A DNA stretch of 64,000 bases from Parcubacteria group bacterium Gr01-1014_3 (GCA_007376445.1 VMGF01000002.1:103928-167927); one strand, 5' to 3'. Shown: positions 1 to 7,900, counted from the first letter of the stretch. A program made the numbers and translations. The notes: a model not told the origin generated them from the sequence alone.

Positions 1-25
1 GAAAGAGAAGAAAGAGAGAAAAGGA

Positions 26-262
26 ATGGCTAAGCGTAGTGCGGAAGTTAAGATGATTTTCGTATTAAACTGGTCCTGTTACTTCGGGCCTAGGGATTCG
101 GATTCTGGCGGCGAAGAAATGTATGCCGACTCGGAAGAAGAAGGCATTGAGTTAGTAAAGTTCCGGATCAATGAAATTAAAGAGGAAATTCGTAAAAGCA
201 AGGGCAAAGACCCAAAAGAATTTCATTGTTCTTTCTACAAAAGAATAAAAATCCCCGAGTAA
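26..262 (+). CDS. small hypothetical protein
   Basis: ORF with upstream purine-rich RBS-like sequence, followed immediately by a hairpin terminator; no recognisable motif. Confidence 0.3.
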   Translation: MAKRSAEVKMIFVLNWSCYFGPRDSDSGGEEMYADSEEEGIELVKFRINEIKEEIRKSKGKDPKEFHCSFYKRIKIPE

Positions 263-277
263 CGGGGATTTTTTTAT
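247..277. terminator. rho-independent terminator (hairpin atccccg..cggggat + T-run), bidirectional between convergent genes
   Basis: GC stem with loop followed by TTTTTTT; A-run on other side. Confidence 0.6.
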
Positions 278-1302
278 TCTTTAATGATCGGAGACTCTAA
301 AACTTGCGGCTCAATATCCATAGATTTACCCGTAATCTTCAAAATATCCTTATCTATTTTGCCGAATTCTTTAGAAGCCTGATTGTACATATTCACCGAA
401 GTTCCGAGATTCTTGCCCAGTTTTTGCATAAACTCATCATAACTTCCCAAATGCGACGTGAGCCGCTCCACGTTTTTACGGATTTCTTTAACCGATTCCT
501 CTATCTGAAGGGCTTTCAATCCCTGAAGCACCGTCTGTAAATATGCCAGAAAAGATGTCGGCGAAACAATAATGACGTGCTTTTCTTTGAATGCATATTC
601 AATCAGGTCGCGGGTATTCACTTTTACCGCGCCAACTTGAGCGATCAAAAGATCGTAATAGATCGCTTCATGCGGGATAAACATAAAAGCGAAGTCCATC
701 GTGTTTTCATCTGGCTTCACATACTTAGCGGTTTCATCAATCCTATTTTTGAGATCGTTTTTAAATGCTTTTTCTAGGCGCTCTTTTTCCAATGGATCTC
801 TTTCTTCCACGAGCCGGTTGTAATTTTCGATAGAAAACTTGGAGTCGATCGGGATAACTTTGTCTTTTACAAAAACTACCGCGTCCACAATCGTGCCGTC
901 CTTAAATGGATACTGCATCTGGTAATTTCCGGGCGGCAAAACATTCTTCAGTACCGTTTCCAGAAAATATTCTCCTAAGATCCCTCTTTGTTTCGGATTT
1001 TTTAAAATATCTTGCAGGTTTTTCAACTGATCGGCAAAACCAACTACCTGCTTATTGGTCTCGTCGAGCCTAACCAACCGCTCTGTCACATCTCGGATGA
1101 TCCTGGCGCTCTGGCCGAACTGCTCCTGCATCAGGTGAGCCGACTCCCCCATTTTTTTATCCAGCGTGCGAGCGATCTCGTTGATCTGACCCTGAAGCAT
1201 CAGCATGGCCTGATCATCCTTTTTCTCTTCCTTTTTCCGGGAAAGTAAAAAGATCACCACCGCGAAACCGATTATTAATATAGCCGCCAAAATCCACTCC
1301 AT
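274..1302 (-). CDS. rmuC: DNA recombination protein RmuC
   Basis: N-terminal TM helix, long coiled-coil, conserved RmuC C-terminal region (SPTSFLAYL, FMFIPHEAIY). Confidence 0.8.
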   Translation of the reverse strand: MEWILAAILIIGFAVVIFLLSRKKEEKKDDQAMLMLQGQINEIARTLDKKMGESAHLMQEQFGQSARIIRDVTERLVRLDETNKQVVGFADQLKNLQDILKNPKQRGILGEYFLETVLKNVLPPGNYQMQYPFKDGTIVDAVVFVKDKVIPIDSKFSIENYNRLVEERDPLEKERLEKAFKNDLKNRIDETAKYVKPDENTMDFAFMFIPHEAIYYDLLIAQVGAVKVNTRDLIEYAFKEKHVIIVSPTSFLAYLQTVLQGLKALQIEESVKEIRKNVERLTSHLGSYDEFMQKLGKNLGTSVNMYNQASKEFGKIDKDILKITGKSMDIEPQVLESPIIKE

Positions 1303-1548
1303 ATATTTAGTTTACCTTTAACTGAACAAACAAAAAAGACGCCCTCACAGCGCCTTTCTTGTTTCTGATCTCATTTCCCTTGGCCACTTCCCAAACTTTA
1401 TGCTTCAAGAGGTATTTCTCATGCTGCAGACACAGAAACGCCTATTTCAGAACTCTGTCCGGAACTAACCTTAAGATAAATTGACTCAGCTATAAACTGG
1501 CTCAATAAGCATACCATTTTTGGCAAAATAAGTTATCCCCAGCCTGAA

Positions 1549-1881
1549 TTAATGCTCTTCTTTGGCCAGAACTGCCAACGCGAGGGCTGAAAGCGCCAGC
1601 GAAATATCCCGGAACACCACATCCAGAGCGGAAAGATTAATGACTACGATGCCAAGAAGCATGCCGGCGCTCAAAGATGCCGCGTAAAAAGTTTTGTAAC
1701 CGCTGACCAGCCAAATGCTCATGAAAACCTGACCGAGACCGAAAAACGTCAGCCAGCCCGTGGTTCGCACGAACTCCGGCAACCAGCCAACCCACGCTTC
1801 CGGATAGATAAAACTGGAAATGGCAGCGTAAGAAAAAGCGAACGCGAGACTTAACCTTAAAATTAATGAGGCGTTTTTCAT
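1549..1881 (-). CDS. small integral membrane protein
   Basis: 3-4 predicted TM helices, no motif recognised. Confidence 0.45.
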   Translation of the reverse strand: MKNASLILRLSLAFAFSYAAISSFIYPEAWVGWLPEFVRTTGWLTFFGLGQVFMSIWLVSGYKTFYAASLSAGMLLGIVVINLSALDVVFRDISLALSALALAVLAKEEH

Positions 1882-1884
1882 GGT

Positions 1885-2502
1885 TTAGACTTTAAAAACA
1901 ATAAATTTATATCCAAAGAAGTTAATCATGATAGTTACCGGAGCCGCGATCAGCTTTGCGATATTCTCCCAGACCGGCGGACTAATGGTCTCCGGCGCGC
2001 CGATAATGGTGGTCAAGAAATAGACCATAGATGAATTAATAATGACCGTGACCAGATTAATTCCGAGAAAATAAATAAATTCCTTCCAGTGAAAAGCGTG
2101 GGTGTTTTTGAACGCCCAAAACTTGTTTAAGAGAAAACTATTTATAAGCGCGGCTAACAAGGCGATGATGTTGAAGACTACTAATAAACCTCCGGAATAA
2201 ACCCGGAAAATAGCGCTGAAAAAATTCAATATCCCAATATCCAGCAAAGCGTTGGTAGATCCGGCCGCGGCGTATTTCACGAACTGCCAGAGATTCGCCC
2301 ATCGAGAACCCAGCCATCCCCCAACTGTGAGCGCAAGATTGGCAAAAACCAAAAAACCAAGAATAATACCGGCCGAATTAATGAAAGTGAACGCCCAAAA
2401 ATCCGGCTTGGTATTCTCCAAAATCGGCAAAATTAGCAAACCGAAAAGAACCCCGACATAAGAAACTATTAAGTAATCCTTGGAGACGGCAAGATTTCTC
2501 AT
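1885..2502 (-). CDS. GtrA-family membrane protein (possibly duplicated GtrA-like module)
   Basis: Polytopic membrane protein with GtrA-like endings NKFWAFKN and NFFGYKFIVFK. Confidence 0.6.
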   Translation of the reverse strand: MRNLAVSKDYLIVSYVGVLFGLLILPILENTKPDFWAFTFINSAGIILGFLVFANLALTVGGWLGSRWANLWQFVKYAAAGSTNALLDIGILNFFSAIFRVYSGGLLVVFNIIALLAALINSFLLNKFWAFKNTHAFHWKEFIYFLGINLVTVIINSSMVYFLTTIIGAPETISPPVWENIAKLIAAPVTIMINFFGYKFIVFKV

Positions 2503-2517
2503 TATCGAATCTGGAGA

Positions 2518-3288
2518 CTAGCGAATTTCGTAGGTTACATTAACACTCACTGTTACTTCCTGACTGCCTGGTTCGATAGCTGGCGCGGGAGCAGCTATAG
2601 GCCCACCCATATCGCCACCTTTACCGAAAGTTTCATACATCGGATATGGCCGCGGATAACCGCCAGAAGACTCATAAAAGTTAATCACCCGGGAAATACG
2701 GACGCCGTTTTGATCCGCCATAGCCTCAGCCTTAGCCCTGGCCTTCGCGAATGCTTCTTCCCTAGCCTGGCTTAAAAACTTATCCGGATCCTCGATATCG
2801 AATGACAAGCTACTAATATCATTGATGCCATAGGTCGGTAGAGAACCAATTAACTTTCCTACTTTAGCGAAATCACGGACTTTCACGAAAACCGTCTGAG
2901 TGATCGTATAACCGTTGATGAAGCTACGGCCAGTCTTTGGATCATAATTATATTTCGGAGATAGGTTGTATCCGGCCGTCTTAATGTCTTTTGACTCAAC
3001 TCCTTGAGATTTAACGTACGCGATCGCGGCGTTCATTTTCTTGGTATTTTCCTCGGCTAACACCTCTGGATCCTTGCCCTCGGCCACGACCGAAAAAGAA
3101 AACTGCGCGATATCCGGCGCGACCACTGTTTTGCCCTCTGCCGTTACGCTGATAGTGCGGGACGGAATGGTCGCGTTGGATGAGATCCAAAGTGACTTGG
3201 CCCACATCAAACCTAAAATGCTCACGACCGCTAATGATACATTCACCAATATCCAGAAAATTCTTCTTGAATCGAATTTTGATGCCAT
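2518..3288 (-). CDS. SIMPL-domain (DUF541) periplasmic protein
   Basis: Signal-anchor; DUF541/SIMPL-like pattern (SFSVVAEGKDPE..., TQTVFVKV..., VTVSVNVTYEI). Confidence 0.75.
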   Translation of the reverse strand: MASKFDSRRIFWILVNVSLAVVSILGLMWAKSLWISSNATIPSRTISVTAEGKTVVAPDIAQFSFSVVAEGKDPEVLAEENTKKMNAAIAYVKSQGVESKDIKTAGYNLSPKYNYDPKTGRSFINGYTITQTVFVKVRDFAKVGKLIGSLPTYGINDISSLSFDIEDPDKFLSQAREEAFAKARAKAEAMADQNGVRISRVINFYESSGGYPRPYPMYETFGKGGDMGGPIAAPAPAIEPGSQEVTVSVNVTYEIR

Positions 3289-3289
3289 G

Positions 3290-3985
3290 TTAATATTTTT
3301 TACTTATTTCGACGATTTTTATAATTTCTTTTGCTTCTAGACTAGCGCCCCCTACCAACGCGCCATCAATTCCCTCTTTACTTAAGAACTCCTCGACGTT
3401 CTGGCTGGTCACGGAACCACCGTAGATAATTCGAGGGTTTAGGGTATAGGGTTTAGCGTTTAGGGTTTCCTTAATGAATTGTACCATTTTCAGCATACTC
3501 TCTGGACTATCCGGTGTGCCGGTGCCGATGGCCCAGATTGGCTCGTAAGCTATAACTAAATTTTCAATTTTAAATTTTAAATTTTCAAGTAAGGATAGGC
3601 CGATTTTTAGTTCACGGCCAACGACTTCTTCGGTTTCATTGGCATCCCGCTCAGCCCTGGATTCACCAACGCACAAGATCGGGATTAACCCGTCTTCTAC
3701 CGCCTGAGCCATTTTTTCCGCTACCGTCTCGTCAGTCTCGCCTAATTTTCGGCGATCCGAATGGCCGATGATCACATATTCCAGATTTTCCGGTACGGCC
3801 TCTCCTGTCATATCCTGCGCGCCGAGTTTGGCGGTTTTTATATTTTCAGCGACCACTTTTAAAAACGAAAATGGCGGACAGATCACCAATCCTTCGACAT
3901 CACTATCTTTTGCAAGCTGAGCTGCCTCATTTTCTGTTTCCGGGTGCGACTTCCAATTAGCAATAATGAGTTTGGACATTAACAA
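3290..3985 (-). CDS. tpiA: triose-phosphate isomerase
   Basis: IIANWK, GHSDRR, AYEPIWAIGTG, IIYGGSV motifs. Confidence 0.9.
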   Translation of the reverse strand: MLMSKLIIANWKSHPETENEAAQLAKDSDVEGLVICPPFSFLKVVAENIKTAKLGAQDMTGEAVPENLEYVIIGHSDRRKLGETDETVAEKMAQAVEDGLIPILCVGESRAERDANETEEVVGRELKIGLSLLENLKFKIENLVIAYEPIWAIGTGTPDSPESMLKMVQFIKETLNAKPYTLNPRIIYGGSVTSQNVEEFLSKEGIDGALVGGASLEAKEIIKIVEISKKY

Positions 3986-3995
3986 TAATTATAGC

Positions 3996-4022
3996 AAAAA
4001 TCCCCACTTTGGGGGATTTTTT
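3996..4022. other. hairpin (aaaaatcccc-acttt-ggggattttt) between divergent tpiA and membrane-protein genes
   Basis: perfect 9-bp stem flanked by A and T runs; sits in a divergent promoter region, so not a classical terminator. Confidence 0.35.
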
Positions 4023-4085
4023 GACTTTTGTAATACTTGCTGTTATATTATGCCTAGTTCTTAAACACTTTTTTTGGAGGCCGAG

Positions 4086-4775
4086 ATGATTGAGAACGCG
4101 ACATTTGTGACATGGGTAGCCGGAGTTATGGCCGTTGGAGCGATTGGTTTTTGGATCTTGGTGGCTCTGGAGTTTATCTGCCTGATTACCTGTATGGCGA
4201 AGGACAAGGGTACCTGGGCTACGGTCTCGCTGATCGCCACCTGCGCCATTCTGAATTGGGTTTCGGGCATGCCTTTGCTTCACTGGGTCGCCGGACACTT
4301 TTGGCTCGCGCTGGCATATGCCGGGGGCTATTTCGTAGCCGGAACGGTCTGGTCAGTGGTCAAGTGGTATTCATATGTCACCGATCAACGCGAACGCTAC
4401 GACGAGATGAAGGATGCGTTTTTCAAAAACTATAACCTTAATGCCATTACCGCCGATAACCGCACTGCGTGGAAGCGCTGGCTGGATGATGGGCATGAAT
4501 CTGGCAAGGGATGTGGCAGGACCCGATGCAAGTGTGTTGGTCAGCCCCTTGCCCGCAATCATAAAGATGACGTGATCCGCTGGATGTCCTATTGGCCATT
4601 CAGTCTCCTCTGGACCGTGCTCTTCAACTGGGTGGTGAAGGTATGCCACAAGATTTATCAGCACATCCAGGCTTCACTCCAAAGAATCTCCGACTACAAG
4701 TTCAAGGATACGGCTTCCGACTTCACTGACGAACAGCCCGACGCGAAGGTAGCTGACAAGGATGCTAAGCCTTAA
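4086..4775 (+). CDS. membrane protein, hypothetical
   Basis: ATG at 4086 preceded by GGAGG (track start 4074 is a TTG); N-terminal TM helices, Cys-containing cytoplasmic tail. Confidence 0.5.
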   Translation: MIENATFVTWVAGVMAVGAIGFWILVALEFICLITCMAKDKGTWATVSLIATCAILNWVSGMPLLHWVAGHFWLALAYAGGYFVAGTVWSVVKWYSYVTDQRERYDEMKDAFFKNYNLNAITADNRTAWKRWLDDGHESGKGCGRTRCKCVGQPLARNHKDDVIRWMSYWPFSLLWTVLFNWVVKVCHKIYQHIQASLQRISDYKFKDTASDFTDEQPDAKVADKDAKP

Positions 4776-4786
4776 ATTAAACGACA

Positions 4787-4812
4787 AGAGTCCGCGAATG
4801 CGGACTCTTTTT
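4787..4812 (+). terminator. rho-independent terminator
   Basis: agagtccgcg-aat-gcggactc followed by TTTTT. Confidence 0.6.
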
Positions 4813-4817
4813 ATTTG

Positions 4818-4889
4818 TTCCGGGGGGTGGAATTGAACCACCTACCTTCAGGTTATGGGCCTGACGAGCTACCGATGCTCTACCCCGGG
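4818..4889 (-). tRNA. tRNA-Met (anticodon CAT), probable initiator
   Basis: Cloverleaf found by hand: D arm GAGC/GCTC, anticodon loop CCCATAA, T arm GGTGG-TTCAATT-CCACC, C1:A72 mismatch typical of bacterial initiator tRNA; CCA not encoded. Confidence 0.75.
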
Positions 4890-4931
4890 GTTAGCTGTAT
4901 AATATCACGAATATTAGAAAAAATCAAAGTT

Positions 4932-4955
4932 AAAAAACACCCTTTCGGGTGTTTT
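4932..4955 (-). terminator. rho-independent terminator for the 4963..5307 gene
   Basis: aaaaaacaccc-tttc-gggtgtttt; T-run on minus strand. Confidence 0.55.
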
Positions 4956-4962
4956 GCATTGG

Positions 4963-5307
4963 CTACTTATTCACGATCTCGATGCCGACCTGCGCTCCGT
5001 TATAAAGAATCGGTTCGATTTTTTCGTTTGGCGCTAGCTTGAGGTGATGTGCCAGGCGCTTCCAGGTGTGCATCGGATCCCATGGATTATTACGGCTTGG
5101 CTCTTCGGTGGTCGGCTCAACGCTGAGAACTTCGTGCAGGTATTCATAGGCATCCAGAGTTTCTTCGCCGCGCATCGCCGCCGCGACACGCCGAGCCTGA
5201 TCAATATCAAGCGCCATGATCACTCGGCTCTTCTGATCCTGCAAAGATTCGGCAAATCCATCGTGATAAATCACGCTAAATTCAATCTTGAAAGCCAAAT
5301 GCTTCAT
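4963..5307 (-). CDS. hypothetical protein
   Basis: ORF with downstream terminator; no motif recognised. Confidence 0.45.
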   Translation of the reverse strand: MKHLAFKIEFSVIYHDGFAESLQDQKSRVIMALDIDQARRVAAAMRGEETLDAYEYLHEVLSVEPTTEEPSRNNPWDPMHTWKRLAHHLKLAPNEKIEPILYNGAQVGIEIVNK

Positions 5308-5375
5308 CCCGTCATCTCCTTAAGAACTTCGAAAACTTTACTACACAAATTAGCAAAAGTCAAATAGGATTGACC

Positions 5376-5465
5376 CCGTTAGAAGTAGCCCGCCCATAGG
5401 CCCCTCCGGGGCGCGCATAGCCTGCCTGCCGGTAGGCATGCCGCGGGCGAGACTTCTAACGGGGT
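5376..5465. repeat. GC-rich ~90 nt element with ~20 bp terminal inverted repeats (ccccgttagaagtagcccgc / gcgggcgagacttctaacgggg)
   Basis: Strong long-range complementarity plus internal gcccc/ggggc hairpin, in an otherwise AT-rich intergenic region. Confidence 0.4.
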
Positions 5466-5493
5466 TGATAAATAGCTCTAAAACCGCTATAAT
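5465..5493 (+). promoter_or_regulatory. sigma70-like promoter (TTGATA-17-TATAAT) for tRNA-Met
   Basis: near-consensus -35/-10 with 17 bp spacer about 12 nt upstream of the tRNA 5' end. Confidence 0.5.
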
Positions 5494-5504
5494 TCCTTTA
5501 GAAA

Positions 5505-5576
5505 GGCGGCGTAGCTCAGTGGTAGAGCGAGCGTTTCATAAGCGCTAGGTCACAGGTTCGATCCCTGTCGCCGCTA
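5505..5576 (+). tRNA. tRNA-Met (CAT), elongator type (could be tRNA-Ile2/lysidine)
   Basis: GGCGGCG acceptor, GCTC/GAGC D stem, anticodon loop TTCATAA, T arm ACAGG-TTCGATC-CCTGT; no encoded CCA. Confidence 0.8.
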
Positions 5577-5586
5577 CTAATGAAAT
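5561..5586 (+). repeat. direct repeat copy 1 (tRNA-Met 3' end plus 9 nt: atccctgtcgccgctacTaatgaaat)
   Basis: 26/27 nt identical to 5768-5793. Confidence 0.6.
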
Positions 5587-5636
5587 TGTGGAACCAAACA
5601 CAAAAGTCGATTGCGTTTTTCAACTCCAACCTCCTG

Positions 5637-5735
5637 GGCAGGGATCGAACCGTGTTTCGCCCCGTATCAGGAAGGCTATCGGAAACCGAAGGTGTCCGAG
5701 ATGGGGGTCGGGGCGAAACGCATGGTTCGGTGAGC
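5637..5735. other. GC-rich structured insert: inverted copy of the tRNA T-arm (cagggatcgaacc) followed by a long hairpin (gtttcgccccg / cggggcgaaac, 11 bp perfect, extended to ~20 bp)
   Basis: seen directly in sequence; the two ORFs called here (5580..5768, 5588..5830) have no coding support. Confidence 0.35.
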
Positions 5736-5767
5736 TTTTGGGCTATCCAGCCAAAAGCGAAACTTTA

Positions 5768-5793
5768 ATCCCTGTCGCCGCTACAAATGAAAT
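5768..5793 (+). repeat. direct repeat copy 2 (atccctgtcgccgctacAaatgaaat), overlapping the murD start
   Basis: att-like duplication of tRNA 3' end. Confidence 0.6.
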
Positions 5794-7049
5794 CGCACAT
5801 GAAAATAGCAATTCTTGGCTTTGGACGTGAGGGAAAGGCGGTTTTCAAGTTTCTCTCCGCCCGAGGCGGATCCTCCTTCGGAGGAAAAAAAAATAAATAT
5901 AAAAAGGCAACTATAGAAGTTCTCGATCAGAAACATGGCCAGGATTATCTGAAAGATCTTGATACTTTCGATCTGGTCTTCCGCTCCCCTGGCGTGCCGT
6001 ATAATCGTCCGGAAATTCAACGAGCGATAAAAAATGGAGTTAAGTTCTCCAGCGTCACCAAATTATTTTTTGAACTCTGCCCGGCGAAAGTTATCGGAAT
6101 TACCGGAACAAAAGGAAAAGGCACGACTGCTACCCTGCTCTATAAGATCCTTAAAGCTTCTGGCGCGGACGTTCATCTCGCCGGAAATATCGGAAAACCA
6201 GCCATCGATATCCTCCCAAAACTGCGCAACTCATCGACTGTTATCTTGGAGCTTTCCAGCTTCCAGCTTCAGGACCTCGGCCAGTCCCCGCCAATTTCTA
6301 TTGTCACAGAAACCTTTGAAGACCACATGGACGCGCATAAGAGCGTCAAAGAATATCTGGACGCCAAAACTAATATCGCCCGACATCAAAAAAAGGACGA
6401 TGTGATTTTCTACTTCGCCGATAGCGACTGGGCTAAAAAGATCGCCCTCAAAAGTCCGGCGAAAAAGATCGCGGTCTATGGCGGATCATTCGGCTTAAAA
6501 AAGAACTTCGTGATGGCGGCAACCGTCGCGGCTTATCTTGGTGTAGACAGAAAATTCATCGTGCGGACTCTCAAAAACTTCCCAGGCATTAAACATCGGA
6601 TGGAATTAGTTGCGGAAAATTGTGGAGTCCGGTTTTATAACGATTCCGCCAGCACTAATCCTAGGACAACCGCGGCCGCGATCTTAGAATTTACTAATAC
6701 CCTAAACGCTAAACCCTATCCCCTAGTTCTAATCGCCGGAGGCAAAGACAAGAATCTGGACTACGCGCCGCTCGCTACCACCTTAGCCAATACATCTCAC
6801 GTAAAAACCGTGATCCTTCTAGGAGAAAACAAAAATAAGGTTTTCGAAAAATTGAAAATTGAAAATTTAAAATTGAAAATTGAACTTGCCGATGATCTTG
6901 AGATCGCGGTAAAAAACGCCTATCAATCAGCTAAAATATACGGTGGTGCTGTGCTTTTTTCGCCTGGAGCGGCAAGTTTCGATATGTTCAAAGACTATCA
7001 AGACCGCGGCGAGCAGTTTAAAGAGATTGTCAAAAAGCTTAAAAAGTAA
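5787..7049 (+). CDS. murD: UDP-N-acetylmuramoylalanine--D-glutamate ligase
   Basis: Mur ligase P-loop GITGTKGKGTT, NDSASTNP, C-terminal Mur ligase domain; start may be the ATG at 5802; low-complexity N-terminal insert (SARGGSSFGGKKNKYKK). Confidence 0.85.
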   Translation: MKSHMKIAILGFGREGKAVFKFLSARGGSSFGGKKNKYKKATIEVLDQKHGQDYLKDLDTFDLVFRSPGVPYNRPEIQRAIKNGVKFSSVTKLFFELCPAKVIGITGTKGKGTTATLLYKILKASGADVHLAGNIGKPAIDILPKLRNSSTVILELSSFQLQDLGQSPPISIVTETFEDHMDAHKSVKEYLDAKTNIARHQKKDDVIFYFADSDWAKKIALKSPAKKIAVYGGSFGLKKNFVMAATVAAYLGVDRKFIVRTLKNFPGIKHRMELVAENCGVRFYNDSASTNPRTTAAAILEFTNTLNAKPYPLVLIAGGKDKNLDYAPLATTLANTSHVKTVILLGENKNKVFEKLKIENLKLKIELADDLEIAVKNAYQSAKIYGGAVLFSPGAASFDMFKDYQDRGEQFKEIVKKLKK

Positions 7050-7065
7050 TAGAATAGAAGCACTT

Positions 7066-7143
7066 GCGGTGGTGGTGTAGCCTGGTTAACATGCCTCCCT
7101 GTCACGGAGGAGATCGCCGGTTCAAATCCGGTCCACCGCGCCA
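7066..7143 (+). tRNA. tRNA-Asp (GTC) with encoded CCA
   Basis: acceptor GCGGTGG/CCACCGC, anticodon loop CTGTCAC, T arm GCCGG-TTCAAAT-CCGGT, 3' GCCA. Confidence 0.85.
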
Positions 7144-7166
7144 AATCAGCCTTATTTTACAGGGTA

Positions 7167-7194
7167 TTGACAAATCCTGTGGGTTTGCTATAAT
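7167..7194 (+). promoter_or_regulatory. consensus sigma70 promoter TTGACA-16-TATAAT
   Basis: perfect hexamers; no ORF downstream before a strong terminator. Confidence 0.6.
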
Positions 7195-7200
7195 TACACC

Positions 7201-7351
7201 AGTAATAAATATTGAGTTGGGCCTTAAAATCTAGCCAGCCAGTCTTCCTTATAGGAGCGCTAGACAACTCCCGGTTACCGAGTGCGGTTCATGACCCCGG
7301 TGCCGGCCTGACGACGAAATCCCATAGCCTGTGAAGCTATGGGATTTTTTT
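7201..7351 (+). ncRNA. candidate small ncRNA (~150 nt), identity unknown
   Basis: consensus promoter upstream, internal hairpins (ggag..ctcc, cgg-tta-ccg), strong intrinsic terminator, no ORF on this strand. Confidence 0.45.
7318..7351 (+). terminator. rho-independent terminator (aaatcccatagc-ctgtga-gctatgggattttttt)
   Basis: 12-bp stem + T7; may also serve the convergent 7355..7900 gene. Confidence 0.7.
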
Positions 7352-7354
7352 AAT

Positions 7355-7900
7355 CTAATCAATCAATCCAAACTCTTGGAGGGCTTTTTTGTATATTTTC
7401 AAAACTTCAATGGCTTCGGCGTGAGCGAGGCTAAACTCCGGATCCTTGCTAACTTTGCTCCGGACCGCGTGAGCTTGCATTACCTGATCGTAGTTTGAGA
7501 TCAGCTCCGTGCTTAATGCGTTAAAACGCTCATCCACGGACGGCTGATTATAACCGCTGGACCGCAATACATCGTCGAGTAGTTTATCCGCTTCCAAAAT
7601 CGCCATTTTCCATTCGGTCTGATCCGGCTCTTTAGACCGATGAACGATCTTATGCCAAGCCTTCATATGCCGCCTCTTACCCACATCGCCATAGCCGGTT
7701 TTATCCATATAAAACTCCACCTTCTTTTTCGCGAAGCCAGTATTGATGATCATATAAACTATTCCCCAGAAAAGCAGGCCGGAAATCACGATAGAAATCA
7801 CCCAAAACCACGGCAAAAGCGGGCCGAAGAAATCGATCATCCATTCCCGGAATTTCAAAGTTGCCTCTACAGCCTGATTAATCGTTTGTTGTCCTTTCAT
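7355..7900 (-). CDS. membrane-anchored hypothetical protein
   Basis: two N-terminal TM helices, soluble C-terminal domain; no motif recognised. Confidence 0.45.
   Translation of the reverse strand: MKGQQTINQAVEATLKFREWMIDFFGPLLPWFWVISIVISGLLFWGIVYMIINTGFAKKKVEFYMDKTGYGDVGKRRHMKAWHKIVHRSKEPDQTEWKMAILEADKLLDDVLRSSGYNQPSVDERFNALSTELISNYDQVMQAHAVRSKVSKDPEFSLAHAEAIEVLKIYKKALQEFGLID

Noticed and set aside
3435-3468. TTTAGGG-type tract as a eukaryotic telomere or contamination
   Set aside because: It is embedded in-frame in a bacterial tpiA with intact catalytic motifs on both sides. The surrounding genes, terminators and RBSs are all bacterial. It is treated as an intragenic repeat instead.
5580-5830. 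ORFs 5580..5768 and 5588..5830 as protein-coding genes
   Set aside because: They lie entirely within a GC-rich hairpin-forming insert bounded by tRNA-derived direct repeats. There are no RBS or motifs, and the translations are low-complexity.
7201-7351. Assignment of the orphan ncRNA as SRP (4.5S) RNA
   Set aside because: It lacks the conserved domain IV GGAA tetraloop / AGCAGCC motif. Only a GGUGCCGG segment is reminiscent. It is kept as an unclassified candidate sRNA.
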